64,000 bases of DNA from a bacterium (GCA_018672055.1 JABHGM010000001.1:672977-736976); one strand, 5' to 3'; positions 1 to 10,561 are shown, counted from the first letter of the stretch. Numbers and translations are program-made. The notes: generated by a model not told the origin, from the sequence alone.

Positions 1-175
1 TTTAATATTAAAATAGTTTTCTTTTAAATATTTTACTGATTCATCATTAGAATTATTATCTACAACAATAGTTTCAAATTCAAATGGTAGAGATAGCTTA
101 TTAATTGATTTTAAACAATTCTTGACCATGCCAAGTTGTTTATAGTTTAATATAATAATTGATAATTTCATAATA

Positions 176-1195
176 CTATATATACCATTTACTTAATTCT
201 CTAGATTTAATTTTACGTATATTTTTTTTAATATACTTTCTTTTTTGCTTAATATACTTACGTTGTTTAAAAAACATTACTAAACCTTTTAATGTAGAAG
301 GTTCTAAGAATATAATATACATTATTTTTCTAAACTCATACCAAGTAATATGGAAAAAGTATTTAATAAAATTAGTAAAGAATTCATTTTTACAAAGAGT
401 TTGTAAATGATTTTTATATGAATATATTTTAACCATCTTATCTCTGTTCTTACGTGCTTTAATTATTGCTTTATTTGATACATCAAGTTTGCCTTTTACA
501 GTACGATCATGATAGGCAATTGAACTGGGAATATAGTATGATTTAAAACCTGCTAATCTAAATCTATAGGCTAGGTCAACATCTTCTTTGTACGAAAAAA
601 ATAATTCATCAAAGTATTCATCTGCACCTAGACTATTTTTTAATTTTACATCATTTAATGATTTAATTCTGTAAATAGGTGCAGCTCCGGATGTGCCAAA
701 GACTTCATTTTCTAAATCAGGAACATCTTTTAAACCTTGATCAATATCTACTACCATATGATTTTTAAATACCTTTAAACCTTTACTATCTACATTTGTT
801 AGTTTTTTATTATTCTTAAAATCCCAACTTAATATTTTACCAGTTACAGAGGCTACTTTTTCATTATCATCTAAAAACTCAACTAAATTTTTTAAATAAT
901 CCTTTTCAAGAATAACATCTTGATTAAGTAAACAGATATATTTAGCTTTGGACCAAGAAATTGCTTGATTATGTGCTTTAGCAAAACCAATATTACTACT
1001 ATGACTTACAATTTTAATTTGCGGATAATTTTCTTTTAAATGTTGTATTGTTCTATCACTAGATCCATTATCAATTACTAAAACTGAAAAATCATTAAAT
1101 GACTGCTCAAATAGTGAACTTAAACAAAAGGGTAGATACCTTTCTGCATTATATGTTACTAAGCTAATTGCTAATTTGTTTTCCGGGATTTTCAT
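176..1195 (-). CDS. Family 2 glycosyltransferase
   Basis: N-terminal GT2 signature (LVTYNAERYL...VLVIDNGSSDRT) with DxD-type region; 339 aa. Confidence 0.8.
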   Translation of the reverse strand: MKIPENKLAISLVTYNAERYLPFCLSSLFEQSFNDFSVLVIDNGSSDRTIQHLKENYPQIKIVSHSSNIGFAKAHNQAISWSKAKYICLLNQDVILEKDYLKNLVEFLDDNEKVASVTGKILSWDFKNNKKLTNVDSKGLKVFKNHMVVDIDQGLKDVPDLENEVFGTSGAAPIYRIKSLNDVKLKNSLGADEYFDELFFSYKEDVDLAYRFRLAGFKSYYIPSSIAYHDRTVKGKLDVSNKAIIKARKNRDKMVKIYSYKNHLQTLCKNEFFTNFIKYFFHITWYEFRKIMYIIFLEPSTLKGLVMFFKQRKYIKQKRKYIKKNIRKIKSRELSKWYI

Positions 1196-2636
1196 TTAAA
1201 TCTAAGTAATTAAGAATTACAGTTATTAATATGATTAAACCAATACCAAGAGGATGGTTTAAATATGGACTAAATATTGAGGTTATTATCAAAGCTAGAG
1301 TGCTAAGTAGTAACCAGAGATATATAATATTACTATTTAGTTTTGACAAACAATCAATTATTATCTTACCTAATAAGTAGAAATATGCAAGTAAACCAAA
1401 TAAACCTAATTTTAGCCATATATCTAAATATCCCCATTCAAAAGCATAGGTTGAATAAGTACCATCAGGTGACACTTGTCTAATTCGTGGATCTTCAGAA
1501 ATATAGGTTACTGTTTTACCAAAACCATAACCTAATACAGGTTTATACTTAATTGCTTCATAAAGTGGAACTAATTGATTAATTCTTGAACTAGCTGCTG
1601 GTTCATCAGTAGAATCATTAATCCTATTTTGTAAATTACCTGAAAAGTCTAAAGCTATTAAGTTTATAAAAAGTACACTTGTTAAGAAAATTAAAATTAG
1701 TGGCGTAAAAGTACTAAAGACTTTAATTAACTTTGGCTTTTCAATGATAATAAATAATATAAATAAAGCAACTAAAGCAGAAAACATACCAAGCCAAAAA
1801 CTTCTAGAAAAACTAATTAGTAAAGCTGATAAAACTAAAGTAGCTAATAAATAGATATTATGTTTTTTTAATATTTCAACTTTTTTAGAATAAATAATTA
1901 GTATAAATAGTAATATTAAACCAATAACTAAAAATAAATGAGCTTGAAAGAATATTCTATAAAAATTATCATTTATTTTAGTTATCTCACCTACTCCACT
2001 ATCTCTTACCCAGCGATATATAGGTAAAAGATTTAAATTAAATTGATGAATAAATAATATATATAGTAGTATTGTTTTAACTGATAAGTATGTGATACAA
2101 GCTAAGAATATATTAATAACTTTTTCTATAATACTACTATCTTTTATGATAGCTATTAAAACTGGCAATATAGCAAAGTATATCCAGCCATTAAAGTCAA
2201 AAAAAGCTAATTTAAAGCTACTATGAGCTAAACCATTAATAATACCTATTATAATAAAAACAAATAATATTAAGTATTGATAATAGTATTTAAAGCTTTT
2301 ATTAAATAAATATTTATCACTATTAAGGATAATTTTAATAAACCAAGCAAGAATTAGTATAATAAAAATTCCAATTCTTAAAGATAATCTAAAATCAAAA
2401 ATCTCAATAAAGAATAAGTAACCTTTTGATCCAATAAATAGTTCAGTTAATAATATATATATACCCCATTCTAATTTTTTAATAGATAGTATAAAAGTTA
2501 AACCTATTAGTATAAAGAATGTAAAGTAGTTTAATAAATAGTTTTGATGAGCTAAAAATGAAATAATTTCAATTACAACAATACTTATCAAAGCATACAA
2601 ATAAAATTTATTAAATACATTATTTAATTTAATCAT
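1164..2636 (-). CDS. Polytopic membrane protein, O-antigen ligase/polymerase (Wzy/WaaL)-like
   Basis: 490 aa with >10 predicted TM helices and a large loop in the C-terminal half, embedded between glycosyltransferases. The family call is by context and topology only. Confidence 0.45.
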   Translation of the reverse strand: MIKLNNVFNKFYLYALISIVVIEIISFLAHQNYLLNYFTFFILIGLTFILSIKKLEWGIYILLTELFIGSKGYLFFIEIFDFRLSLRIGIFIILILAWFIKIILNSDKYLFNKSFKYYYQYLILFVFIIIGIINGLAHSSFKLAFFDFNGWIYFAILPVLIAIIKDSSIIEKVINIFLACITYLSVKTILLYILFIHQFNLNLLPIYRWVRDSGVGEITKINDNFYRIFFQAHLFLVIGLILLFILIIYSKKVEILKKHNIYLLATLVLSALLISFSRSFWLGMFSALVALFILFIIIEKPKLIKVFSTFTPLILIFLTSVLFINLIALDFSGNLQNRINDSTDEPAASSRINQLVPLYEAIKYKPVLGYGFGKTVTYISEDPRIRQVSPDGTYSTYAFEWGYLDIWLKLGLFGLLAYFYLLGKIIIDCLSKLNSNIIYLWLLLSTLALIITSIFSPYLNHPLGIGLIILITVILNYLDLNENPGKQISN

Positions 2637-2880
2637 ACTTTTTTCTAAGCTCTAGTAACCTTTTAAATTTTTCTGGTGAAAGATCTTTATCTCCAAGATT
2701 AGCTTCTTCTTTTTGAAGTGTGGCTAATTCAGTAGCATCCTCCTTTGTCATTCCATTTCTTTCAAATATAATTTCGTGCCTTGTAATATAATCTTCATCT
2801 TTTTCATTGGCACCTTCTCTTACTATATTATCATCTGGATCAAAATTTTCATTTTTTGGAATTTGTTCATTTGACGACAT
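2629..2880 (-). CDS. Hypothetical small acidic protein
   Basis: 83-aa ORF whose boundaries overlap both neighbours in glycan locus 1, E/D/K-rich with no recognisable motif. Confidence 0.3.
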   Translation of the reverse strand: MSSNEQIPKNENFDPDDNIVREGANEKDEDYITRHEIIFERNGMTKEDATELATLQKEEANLGDKDLSPEKFKRLLELRKKYD

Positions 2881-2886
2881 AAGTTT

Positions 2887-3744
2887 TTATTTAATTTTTA
2901 AAATTTTTAGCATTTTAATTACTAAACTATATATTAATGTTATAAGCAAACTTAATGGAGTTAATAGTAATATTATTACCCAAGAAAATTTATTACTATG
3001 TTTCCATAAATATCTTAATCTACTTTTACTAAAAAACCATTGTTTTTTAACAGATGATGCTTGTTTAAAACTAGCATTTCCATAATGTATTACTTTAGCT
3101 ATGGGTGTGTAAATAGTTTTAAAACCTTTTTCTTTGGCCCTGGCTGAGTAATCTACTTCATCAAACCATAGATAAAATTTATCATCCATTAAACCTAGCT
3201 CTTCAAATACTTCACGTCTTATCATATAAAATGAACCCATAACTTGTTCCACTTCTTGTTCTTTACTATAATCTACATTTTTACCTAAGTAATCATTTAA
3301 TATAAAATGTTGAAATCTAAAAATCATAGCTAAATGTATTTTGAAAGTAGGTAATGTTCTAACTGATTCTTGAATTGATCCATCGTAATTTAAAAGCTTA
3401 CAACCTGCTAGACCAAATTCTTTATGTTTATCCATGTGAGCCACTATTTTATCCAAAGCATTATCAATTATTTTTGTATCAGGATTTAATAGTAATAAGT
3501 ATCTACCTGATGCTTGCTTTAAACCCATATTACAACCACCAGAGAATCCTAGATTACGTGACGAGCTAATTATTGTAACTTGAGGAAAATATTCCATCAG
3601 CATTTCAATAGTACCGTCACCTGAATTATTATCAACTACAAAAACTTCAAAATTAATATTCTGTGTTTCTTCAAAAATTGATTTTAAACAATCTTTAAGT
3701 AATTCTTTAACACGCCAACTAACTATTATTATAGATAAATCCAT
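2887..3744 (-). CDS. Family 2 glycosyltransferase
   Basis: GT2 N-terminus (IIIVSWRVKELL...VFVVDNNSGDGT) and a C-terminal TM segment. Confidence 0.8.
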   Translation of the reverse strand: MDLSIIIVSWRVKELLKDCLKSIFEETQNINFEVFVVDNNSGDGTIEMLMEYFPQVTIISSSRNLGFSGGCNMGLKQASGRYLLLLNPDTKIIDNALDKIVAHMDKHKEFGLAGCKLLNYDGSIQESVRTLPTFKIHLAMIFRFQHFILNDYLGKNVDYSKEQEVEQVMGSFYMIRREVFEELGLMDDKFYLWFDEVDYSARAKEKGFKTIYTPIAKVIHYGNASFKQASSVKKQWFFSKSRLRYLWKHSNKFSWVIILLLTPLSLLITLIYSLVIKMLKILKIK

Positions 3745-3745
3745 A

Positions 3746-4894
3746 CTATTGTTTAATTATTTCTAACATTCTATCTACTCTTTTTAACCAACTATGCTCC
3801 TTAACTACTTCTAATCTTTCTTTAATTAATTTATTATTATCTTCTTTTAAAGCTTTTTGGATATGATGATTAAATTGTCTATAATCATTTGTAATATGAA
3901 TTGATTCCTTAAACATTTCAATGCCAGAACCTGAAGTAGATATAATTGGTTTACCACATGCTAAGTATTCAAACATTTTCATAGGATTAGTAAATTTAAT
4001 AAATTTATCTAACTTATGTGGTATTATACCGATATCAAATTGTTGAATATACATAGGTACTTCAGTATATGATTTTCTACCAAGAAAATATATATTTGAA
4101 TACTTACTTAATTTATCAACAATTTCATTATTCCAAACAGGACCTACTATAACAATTGATTTATCATTATTTTCTTTAGCAATAAATTCGACTAAATCAA
4201 TATCAAATCTATCTTGCACTGTACCAACATAACCAATAATAGGTTTTTTAATTGATCCTATATCTCGGTTAACGATTGCATACTTTTGTTGATAATGTTT
4301 AATGTCAACACCATTTGGAATCCAATATACTTTGTCATGATTCAAAAATAAACTTTGCATTTCATCTGATACAGTAAAAATAATATCTGCTTTTTTGGAA
4401 ATTAATTCATAATTTTTTATTATTTTATTTTTAATCTTATTATATGCTGGATGTTCAGACCAATTATCAATGGCATCAAATATTTTTAGATCTGGTTTTA
4501 ATTTATCAAAATAATCTATACTTAGAGGGTAAGCTGACCATAGATGATAATTATTAAACTTAATAACTTTTAAGTACTTATTTAAATTACTATAAAATCT
4601 ATTTTTTGAAATAAATGGAAGTACCGAAGAATAAACAATTAATCTTTTATCTATTTCGTATACTTTAGTAAATAATCCATTTTTAATTACTTTTAACTTA
4701 TTATTTAAATAGTTTTCTTTATAATTCTTTACAAATCTTTTAAAATTATATGGCATATAATCAATAGCTACTATTTTTTCAATATTTTCATTTTTTAGAA
4801 GTGTCTTAAGAATATGATAATTCCTATTTTGGATACCACGTTGCCACTCAGAGTATGAGGACATATTAAACATTACTAAATTAATTTTATTCAT
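3746..4894 (-). CDS. Glycosyltransferase, group 1 (GT4-like)
   Basis: C-terminal GT-B motif ...FEYLACGKPIISTSGSG...; 382 aa. Confidence 0.6.
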   Translation of the reverse strand: MNKINLVMFNMSSYSEWQRGIQNRNYHILKTLLKNENIEKIVAIDYMPYNFKRFVKNYKENYLNNKLKVIKNGLFTKVYEIDKRLIVYSSVLPFISKNRFYSNLNKYLKVIKFNNYHLWSAYPLSIDYFDKLKPDLKIFDAIDNWSEHPAYNKIKNKIIKNYELISKKADIIFTVSDEMQSLFLNHDKVYWIPNGVDIKHYQQKYAIVNRDIGSIKKPIIGYVGTVQDRFDIDLVEFIAKENNDKSIVIVGPVWNNEIVDKLSKYSNIYFLGRKSYTEVPMYIQQFDIGIIPHKLDKFIKFTNPMKMFEYLACGKPIISTSGSGIEMFKESIHITNDYRQFNHHIQKALKEDNNKLIKERLEVVKEHSWLKRVDRMLEIIKQ

Positions 4895-6038
4895 ATTCTT
4901 TAATTATTTGTTCTAAATAACTTGCTTGTTTACTCCATTTAAATTCTTCAACATATTTAATTCCTTGATTTGAAATATCATTATATAACTTTTTGTCATT
5001 AATAAATTTTAATACTGCTTGTCCAAGTTCACCTTTATTTTTAGGATTAATTAATATGCCTGTCTTATTATCTAGTACTGCTTCAGCTATACCTCCTGAT
5101 TTACCAGCAATAATTGGTAAACCAAAGCTACTTGCTTCTAAGTATACAATGCCAAAGCCCTCAACATCACCTTCAATATTCTTTGCTGGCATTACAAATA
5201 AATCTGATAGTTTATAATAAGTAGCTAGTTCTTTATTACTTAACTTGCCTAAAAATATTACATTATTTTCTAAATTTAGTTTTATAACTAATTTTTCTAA
5301 TTCTTTTTGATAATCACCTGTTCCTGCTACTAAATAAACTATATCCGGATTACTATTTAATAATTCTGGAAGTATTTTAATTACTAATTTATGACCTTTA
5401 CGTCTTACAATACGACCTATTGTGATTAACTTAAACTTATCTCTAATATCATGCCTATCTAATTCAACATCAATGTCTTCTTCAGATACTTTATATCTCT
5501 TATCTGTAATACAGGGAGCAGGATATACTATCTTAAGTTTAGTATCGTCTATATTTAGATTATTTAATTCTAGTTTTGTATACTTACTATTTGTAGTTAT
5601 GAATAATGATTTTTTAAGCACCTTCTTCATAATTAATTCTTTTCTTTTATTTTTCTGAGGTAACATAATATCCATACCATGAGTTGAGATAAAATATGGT
5701 ATCTTATATAGCTTACTAATTAAATAACAGGCATTACCTACAGGCAATATATCACCTACCCATATAATATCAATTTTTTCTCTACTAACAATCTTTTTAA
5801 TAAGAATAAACAATTTAAACCATTTAGGATAAAAAAATCTATATAATAATTTTTCACGAATTATAGTAAATTTTTGATCAGTATCAAAATCACTAGCTTT
5901 TTTATAAGGTAGCGTTAAAACCACAAAATCATACTGAGTTGATTTTTTAATCAGATTATAATAATAATTCTCTACTCCACCAGGTTTAGGTGGAAATTCA
6001 AAAGTAACTAGTAATATTCTTTTTTTAGTTTTCTCCAT
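4887..6038 (-). CDS. Family 4 glycosyltransferase
   Basis: EGFGIVYLEASSFGLPIIAGKSGG motif (E-x7-E GT4 signature). Confidence 0.8.
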   Translation of the reverse strand: MEKTKKRILLVTFEFPPKPGGVENYYYNLIKKSTQYDFVVLTLPYKKASDFDTDQKFTIIREKLLYRFFYPKWFKLFILIKKIVSREKIDIIWVGDILPVGNACYLISKLYKIPYFISTHGMDIMLPQKNKRKELIMKKVLKKSLFITTNSKYTKLELNNLNIDDTKLKIVYPAPCITDKRYKVSEEDIDVELDRHDIRDKFKLITIGRIVRRKGHKLVIKILPELLNSNPDIVYLVAGTGDYQKELEKLVIKLNLENNVIFLGKLSNKELATYYKLSDLFVMPAKNIEGDVEGFGIVYLEASSFGLPIIAGKSGGIAEAVLDNKTGILINPKNKGELGQAVLKFINDKKLYNDISNQGIKYVEEFKWSKQASYLEQIIKEYE

Positions 6039-7482
6039 ACTCTTTTTTTACAATACTTTGATATAAAATTTGAACCTCTTCTTTAGATATCATTTTAAAT
6101 AGAAATAGTAGTAATATATATGTCAAACCACCTAGAGGTATCAGAATGATAAAGTTCATATATGACAATAGATAGATTAACAAATAATACATTATAAGTG
6201 AAGCAGCTAATATTTTCAAAAAATTAATAAACAAATATCTAATATTTAACTTAATAATCTGTCCTGACACATAAAATTGTAAACCAAACATGATTATAGT
6301 ACTAATTGTAGAGGCATATGCAGCTCCAAGGTAACTAAACTTTGGTATTAGTACAACATTTAAACATATATTTATGATCATAACTATACCTATATGTATT
6401 GTATTTCTAATTTGTCTGTTACAAGCATTTAATAAAGAACCCAGTGGAAAGTTAATAAATAGAAAGAATAAAGCAATCATTAATATTTTTAAAGGTAATA
6501 TAGAAGGTTCATATTCCTCAGTGTATACTTTTAATATTAAAGGTTTAGCTAAGGCTAAGATACCAAAAGTAATAGGAATTCCTATCATTGAAAGATAGAT
6601 TACTGATTTATGAAATATTTTACTTAATAACTCGTTTGATTTTAAAAAGTAGCTAGAAAATGCTGGATAAAGTGAGGCTACAAAGGCCATTGGAATAAAT
6701 TGTAAGGAAAAAGTAATCTTATATGGTAATGAATAATAGCCAACAGCTGTTTCATCAATTAATTGTTTCAATAATATGGTATCAATATATCCATAAACTC
6801 TTGTAAATATTCCAGCTAATGCAAAAGGTAAGCTAATTATTAGTATTTTTTTAATGATTTTTTTTCTTGATTTATGGAAATATTTAAGTTTTAATTTAAT
6901 TTTTATAAGTAATCCTGAATAGATAAAATTGAATGTACTCGCAGTAAGTAGTGCTAGAATCAAAATTCTTAAGTCATTAGTTATATTTACAATTATAAAA
7001 CCAGATATAGCTAAAATTATCTGGAATAATATTGTACCTAAGCTTTCTATCTTTAAATTTTGATGACCTCTTAATAAAGCATAAAAAGTTAAAGTAAAAG
7101 AATCAAGAACCATAACAATACCTGCTATATATACTAATTGTCTTACTAATAAGTTATCTTCTAATAAATTTATTAATATTACAGCTAGTAAATAGATGAT
7201 TATTGCTAGAGGTATTTTAATTGCTAACGCTGCTGAAAAATATTTTTGGCTTTTTTCTTTAAACTTAGCGACTTCTCTTACTAAAACATTAGAAATTCCT
7301 ATATCAACAAATACTGCTAAAATTGTTGTAAAGAACAAGGCAAAGGTATAATTTCCTAATGAACCTGCTCCAAGCTTAACAGCAATATATGAAAAATATA
7401 CAAATGATATTATTTTTTGTATAACTAATGCACCAGTAAAATAGCTTGTATTCCTGGTTATTTTATTTGTTTTATATTCCAT
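6025..7482 (-). CDS. Wzx-type polysaccharide flippase (MOP superfamily)
   Basis: 485 aa with ~12-14 TM helices and typical polysaccharide biosynthesis protein architecture, at the head of glycan locus 1. Confidence 0.65.
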   Translation of the reverse strand: MEYKTNKITRNTSYFTGALVIQKIISFVYFSYIAVKLGAGSLGNYTFALFFTTILAVFVDIGISNVLVREVAKFKEKSQKYFSAALAIKIPLAIIIYLLAVILINLLEDNLLVRQLVYIAGIVMVLDSFTLTFYALLRGHQNLKIESLGTILFQIILAISGFIIVNITNDLRILILALLTASTFNFIYSGLLIKIKLKLKYFHKSRKKIIKKILIISLPFALAGIFTRVYGYIDTILLKQLIDETAVGYYSLPYKITFSLQFIPMAFVASLYPAFSSYFLKSNELLSKIFHKSVIYLSMIGIPITFGILALAKPLILKVYTEEYEPSILPLKILMIALFFLFINFPLGSLLNACNRQIRNTIHIGIVMIINICLNVVLIPKFSYLGAAYASTISTIIMFGLQFYVSGQIIKLNIRYLFINFLKILAASLIMYYLLIYLLSYMNFIILIPLGGLTYILLLFLFKMISKEEVQILYQSIVKKEYGEN

Positions 7483-7510
7483 ATTTGTAGATTAATTATA
7501 TCATAAATAT

Positions 7511-7541
7511 CAAAAAATCCTCATTAACTGAGGATTTTATA
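7511..7541. terminator. Bidirectional rho-independent terminator downstream of rpsI
   Basis: Hairpin aatcctcattaactgaggatt flanked by an A-run on the 5' side and a T-run on the 3' side. Confidence 0.6.
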
Positions 7542-7557
7542 GTAATTATATAATATA

Positions 7558-8001
7558 TTAACGTTTTGCCCATTGTGGAGCACGTCTAGCACGTTTTAAA
7601 CCTGGTTTCTTTCTTTCTTTCTTACGTGAATCTCTGGTTAATAAACCTTGTGATTTTAACGTTTTTCTATAATCTTCATTAGTCATAAGTAGTATTTTTG
7701 ATATACCATGTCTAACGCTTTCTGCTTGACTCTTAATACCACCGCCTAATACTTTAACTGAAATATAGTACTTATTTAATAAATCTAATGTTTTTAAAGG
7801 TGTTAAAACTATATTTTGAAGTTCAATAGTTTGGAAATATTCATTAAGTTTCTTTTCATTAATTATAATGGCTTTTTCAGTTTTTCTTGAATACAATCTA
7901 ACACGAGCTATAGCAGTTTTACGTTTACCAGTAGCATAAATATAATCTTTTCTCTTTTTAGGAGTGCTAGCTTTTTTCTCAATTTTTTTCTTTTCTACCA
8001 T
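7558..8001 (-). CDS. rpsI: 30S ribosomal protein S9
   Basis: Conserved S9 core (GGGIKSQAESVRHGISKIL) and C-terminal ...RRAPQWAKR. Confidence 0.9.
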   Translation of the reverse strand: MVEKKKIEKKASTPKKRKDYIYATGKRKTAIARVRLYSRKTEKAIIINEKKLNEYFQTIELQNIVLTPLKTLDLLNKYYISVKVLGGGIKSQAESVRHGISKILLMTNEDYRKTLKSQGLLTRDSRKKERKKPGLKRARRAPQWAKR

Positions 8002-8002
8002 A

Positions 8003-8386
8003 TTAGTCTTGTTTTATATTAGTATCTGATTTAAATGTTAAACGTTTAATAATTTCTTTTCTCAATTTATTCTTTGGTAACATGTTATATACCATCTTTT
8101 TAAACACTTCTTCTGGTTTACTTTCGAATTTCTTTCCTAATTTAATTTCTTTAATACCACCTGGATATCCAGTATGATGATAAATTGATTTTTGCTTTAA
8201 TTTATTTCCACTAAATTTAAGTTTTGTTATATTTAAAATTTCAACAAAATCACCTTGATCTAAATGTCTTTCAAAGATTACTTTATGTTTACCCATAAGT
8301 AAAATTGCAACTTCAGTAGCTAAACGACCACCGATTTTATCTGTTGCATCTAATTGATGTTTTTCTCTTGTTATTTCATTATTCAT
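8003..8386 (-). CDS. rplM: 50S ribosomal protein L13
   Basis: DATDKIGGRLATEVAILLMGKHK...YHHTGYPGGIK matches the L13 family. Confidence 0.9.
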   Translation of the reverse strand: MNNEITREKHQLDATDKIGGRLATEVAILLMGKHKVIFERHLDQGDFVEILNITKLKFSGNKLKQKSIYHHTGYPGGIKEIKLGKKFESKPEEVFKKMVYNMLPKNKLRKEIIKRLTFKSDTNIKQD

Positions 8387-8388
8387 AT

Positions 8389-8739
8389 TTATACTAATTC
8401 AATTTGTGCCATTTTGGCTCCATCACCCTGTCTTACACCTAGTTTAATTATCCTTGTATAACCACCATTTCTATCCTTATATCTAGGTCCAATTACTTCA
8501 AATATCTTTTTATTAGCCTTTTTTAAAGTTAATTTAGATACAAGCATTCTTCTATTTGTTACATTATCAACCTTAGCTCTTGTTATATATTTCTCAACTA
8601 TTGGTTTAACAGTCTTAGCTTTAGCTTCAGTAGTCTTTATCTTTTCATAAATAATAAGTTGTGTTGCTAAATTATTAAGCAAAGCTGTTCTAGGAGCTTT
8701 TTTACGATCTAATATTTTTTTCTTACTTCTGTGTCTCAT
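8389..8739 (-). CDS. rplQ: 50S ribosomal protein L17
   Basis: MRHRSKKK...NGGYTRIIKLG...KMAQIELV matches L17 end to end. Confidence 0.9.
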   Translation of the reverse strand: MRHRSKKKILDRKKAPRTALLNNLATQLIIYEKIKTTEAKAKTVKPIVEKYITRAKVDNVTNRRMLVSKLTLKKANKKIFEVIGPRYKDRNGGYTRIIKLGVRQGDGAKMAQIELV

Positions 8740-8741
8740 AT

Positions 8742-9500
8742 TTATTTATCATCTTTCTTAACTTCTTCTTTCTTTGTCTCTTTAGTGCTAGCTTTTTTAA
8801 CTTTCTTAGCTTCTTTCTTCTTTTCACCACTTACTATAGTAAAATGGCTTACTAATACATCTGAAGCGCTTTTTACTGCTTCTTCAGGGGTAATAGTACC
8901 ATCAGTTTCAATATTTAAAATTAACTTTTCATAATCTGTTCTATCACCTACTCTAACATTTTCAATTTCAAAACCTACATTTTTCATTGGAGTATAGATT
9001 GAATCTACTTTAATAACACCGATATCAACTTTTTCACTTTCTCTTTCTTCTACTGAAACATACCCATGCCCTTTAGCTACTGTTAACTCCATTTCAAATT
9101 CAGTACTTTTATCTGTTACTGTACATATTAATTGTTTTGGATTTGATATTTCAACTTCAGCATTCTTTGTAATATCTGATGCTTTAATTTCTTTTTCACC
9201 CTTTACCTTAATATTTAAAATTACAGGTTCATCACTAAATATTTTTAGTCTAATTGCTTTTAAATTTAAAATTATTTCAATTAAATCCTCTTTTACATTT
9301 GGTAAATGTGAGAATTCATGATCTGTACCTTTAATTTTAAATGAAGTAATTGCACCACCTTCTAATGAAGATAGTAAAACCCTTCTTAATGAATTACCTA
9401 AAGTTACACCATAGCCAGGATAACATGGTTCTATGATAACTTGAGCTTTATTGCCCTTTTCATTGTTGATTTTTACTTCGTTTGGTAAAGGAATGTTCAT
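8742..9500 (-). CDS. rpoA: DNA-directed RNA polymerase alpha subunit, N-terminal domain only (no alpha-CTD; Lys-rich tail)
   Basis: Alpha-NTD motifs (GYGVTLGNSLRRVLLSSLEGGAITS..., EFEMELTVAKGHGYV) are present. The ORF ends after ~225 aa of NTD with a KKEAKKVKKASTKETKKEEVKKDDK tail. rplQ starts 3 nt downstream, so no CTD can be encoded. Confidence 0.85.
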   Translation of the reverse strand: MNIPLPNEVKINNEKGNKAQVIIEPCYPGYGVTLGNSLRRVLLSSLEGGAITSFKIKGTDHEFSHLPNVKEDLIEIILNLKAIRLKIFSDEPVILNIKVKGEKEIKASDITKNAEVEISNPKQLICTVTDKSTEFEMELTVAKGHGYVSVEERESEKVDIGVIKVDSIYTPMKNVGFEIENVRVGDRTDYEKLILNIETDGTITPEEAVKSASDVLVSHFTIVSGEKKKEAKKVKKASTKETKKEEVKKDDK

Positions 9501-9522
9501 AAGTTTTATATGTTACTTATAA

Positions 9523-10164
9523 TTATCGTGAATAAAATTCTACGATCATTGTTGGATCGAATGAAATTGGTAGATCTTGTCTTGTTGGTACTGATACAAG
9601 TTGACCTTCATGTTTTGCAGAATCAAGCGCTAACCAACTAGGGATCTCAACTTTAGCTAATTTTGGAAGTTGTGTTTTCCAATATGCTTTATCATTAGCT
9701 GTAGCTGAAACACTAATTTTTTGTCCAACTTTTATTTGAATACTAGGAATACTTGCTTTTTTACCATCAATAGTAATATGTCCATGAGTAACTAATTGTC
9801 TAGCTAAATCACGGGATGTAGCAAATCCTAATCTATATACTAAATTATCTAATCTTAATTCTAAAATTTGTAGTAAGTTTTCTGAGGTATCACCGGGCAT
9901 TTTGGAAGCTTTTGTAAAGTATAGTTTAAATTGTCTTTCCATTAATCTATATGTTCTTTTAGCTTTTTGCTTTTCTCTAAGCTGAATACCATAACTTGAT
10001 ATTCTTTTCTTTCTACCTTTTTTTGAGGCAGGTCCATGAACACCTGGAGCATAATCACGTTTTAACATAGGACAAGCAATTGAAAAACATTTATCTCCTT
10101 TAAGAAATAATTTAACACCTTCTCTTCTACATTGTTTACATTTTGGATCTAAATTTCTAGCCAT
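9523..10164 (-). CDS. rpsD: 30S ribosomal protein S4
   Basis: N-terminal Cys cluster (CKQCRREG...C...C) and S4 domain. Confidence 0.9.
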   Translation of the reverse strand: MARNLDPKCKQCRREGVKLFLKGDKCFSIACPMLKRDYAPGVHGPASKKGRKKRISSYGIQLREKQKAKRTYRLMERQFKLYFTKASKMPGDTSENLLQILELRLDNLVYRLGFATSRDLARQLVTHGHITIDGKKASIPSIQIKVGQKISVSATANDKAYWKTQLPKLAKVEIPSWLALDSAKHEGQLVSVPTRQDLPISFDPTMIVEFYSR

Positions 10165-10168
10165 ATAT

Positions 10169-10549
10169 TTAAACTCTTCTTACTTTCTTAGGACGACACC
10201 CATTATGTGGAATAGGTGTAACATCTTTTATAGTTATTACTTGTAAACCATTAGCGTGTAATGCACGAATTGCACCTTCTCTACCAGAACCAATACCTTT
10301 AACAAATACATCAATTTCTTTCATACCTACATTTTCTATTCTTTCTACAACATTTTTAACAATTATTGAAGCAGCATAAGGAGTTGCTTTTTTAGGTCCT
10401 TTAAAACCACAAACACCTGCAGATGATTGAGCTACAGTATTTCCATTTTGATCAGTAATAGTTACAATTGTATTATTATAAGTAGCTTGGACATGTGCTT
10501 GTCCACGCTTTATATTGATATTTGCTTTTTTCTTGCCTTTTTTAACCAT
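10169..10549 (-). CDS. rpsK: 30S ribosomal protein S11
   Basis: AHVQATYNNTIVTITDQNGN...GFKGPKKATPYAA... is typical S11. Confidence 0.9.
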   Translation of the reverse strand: MVKKGKKKANINIKRGQAHVQATYNNTIVTITDQNGNTVAQSSAGVCGFKGPKKATPYAASIIVKNVVERIENVGMKEIDVFVKGIGSGREGAIRALHANGLQVITIKDVTPIPHNGCRPKKVRRV

Positions 10550-10561
10550 AGTATTTAAAAT

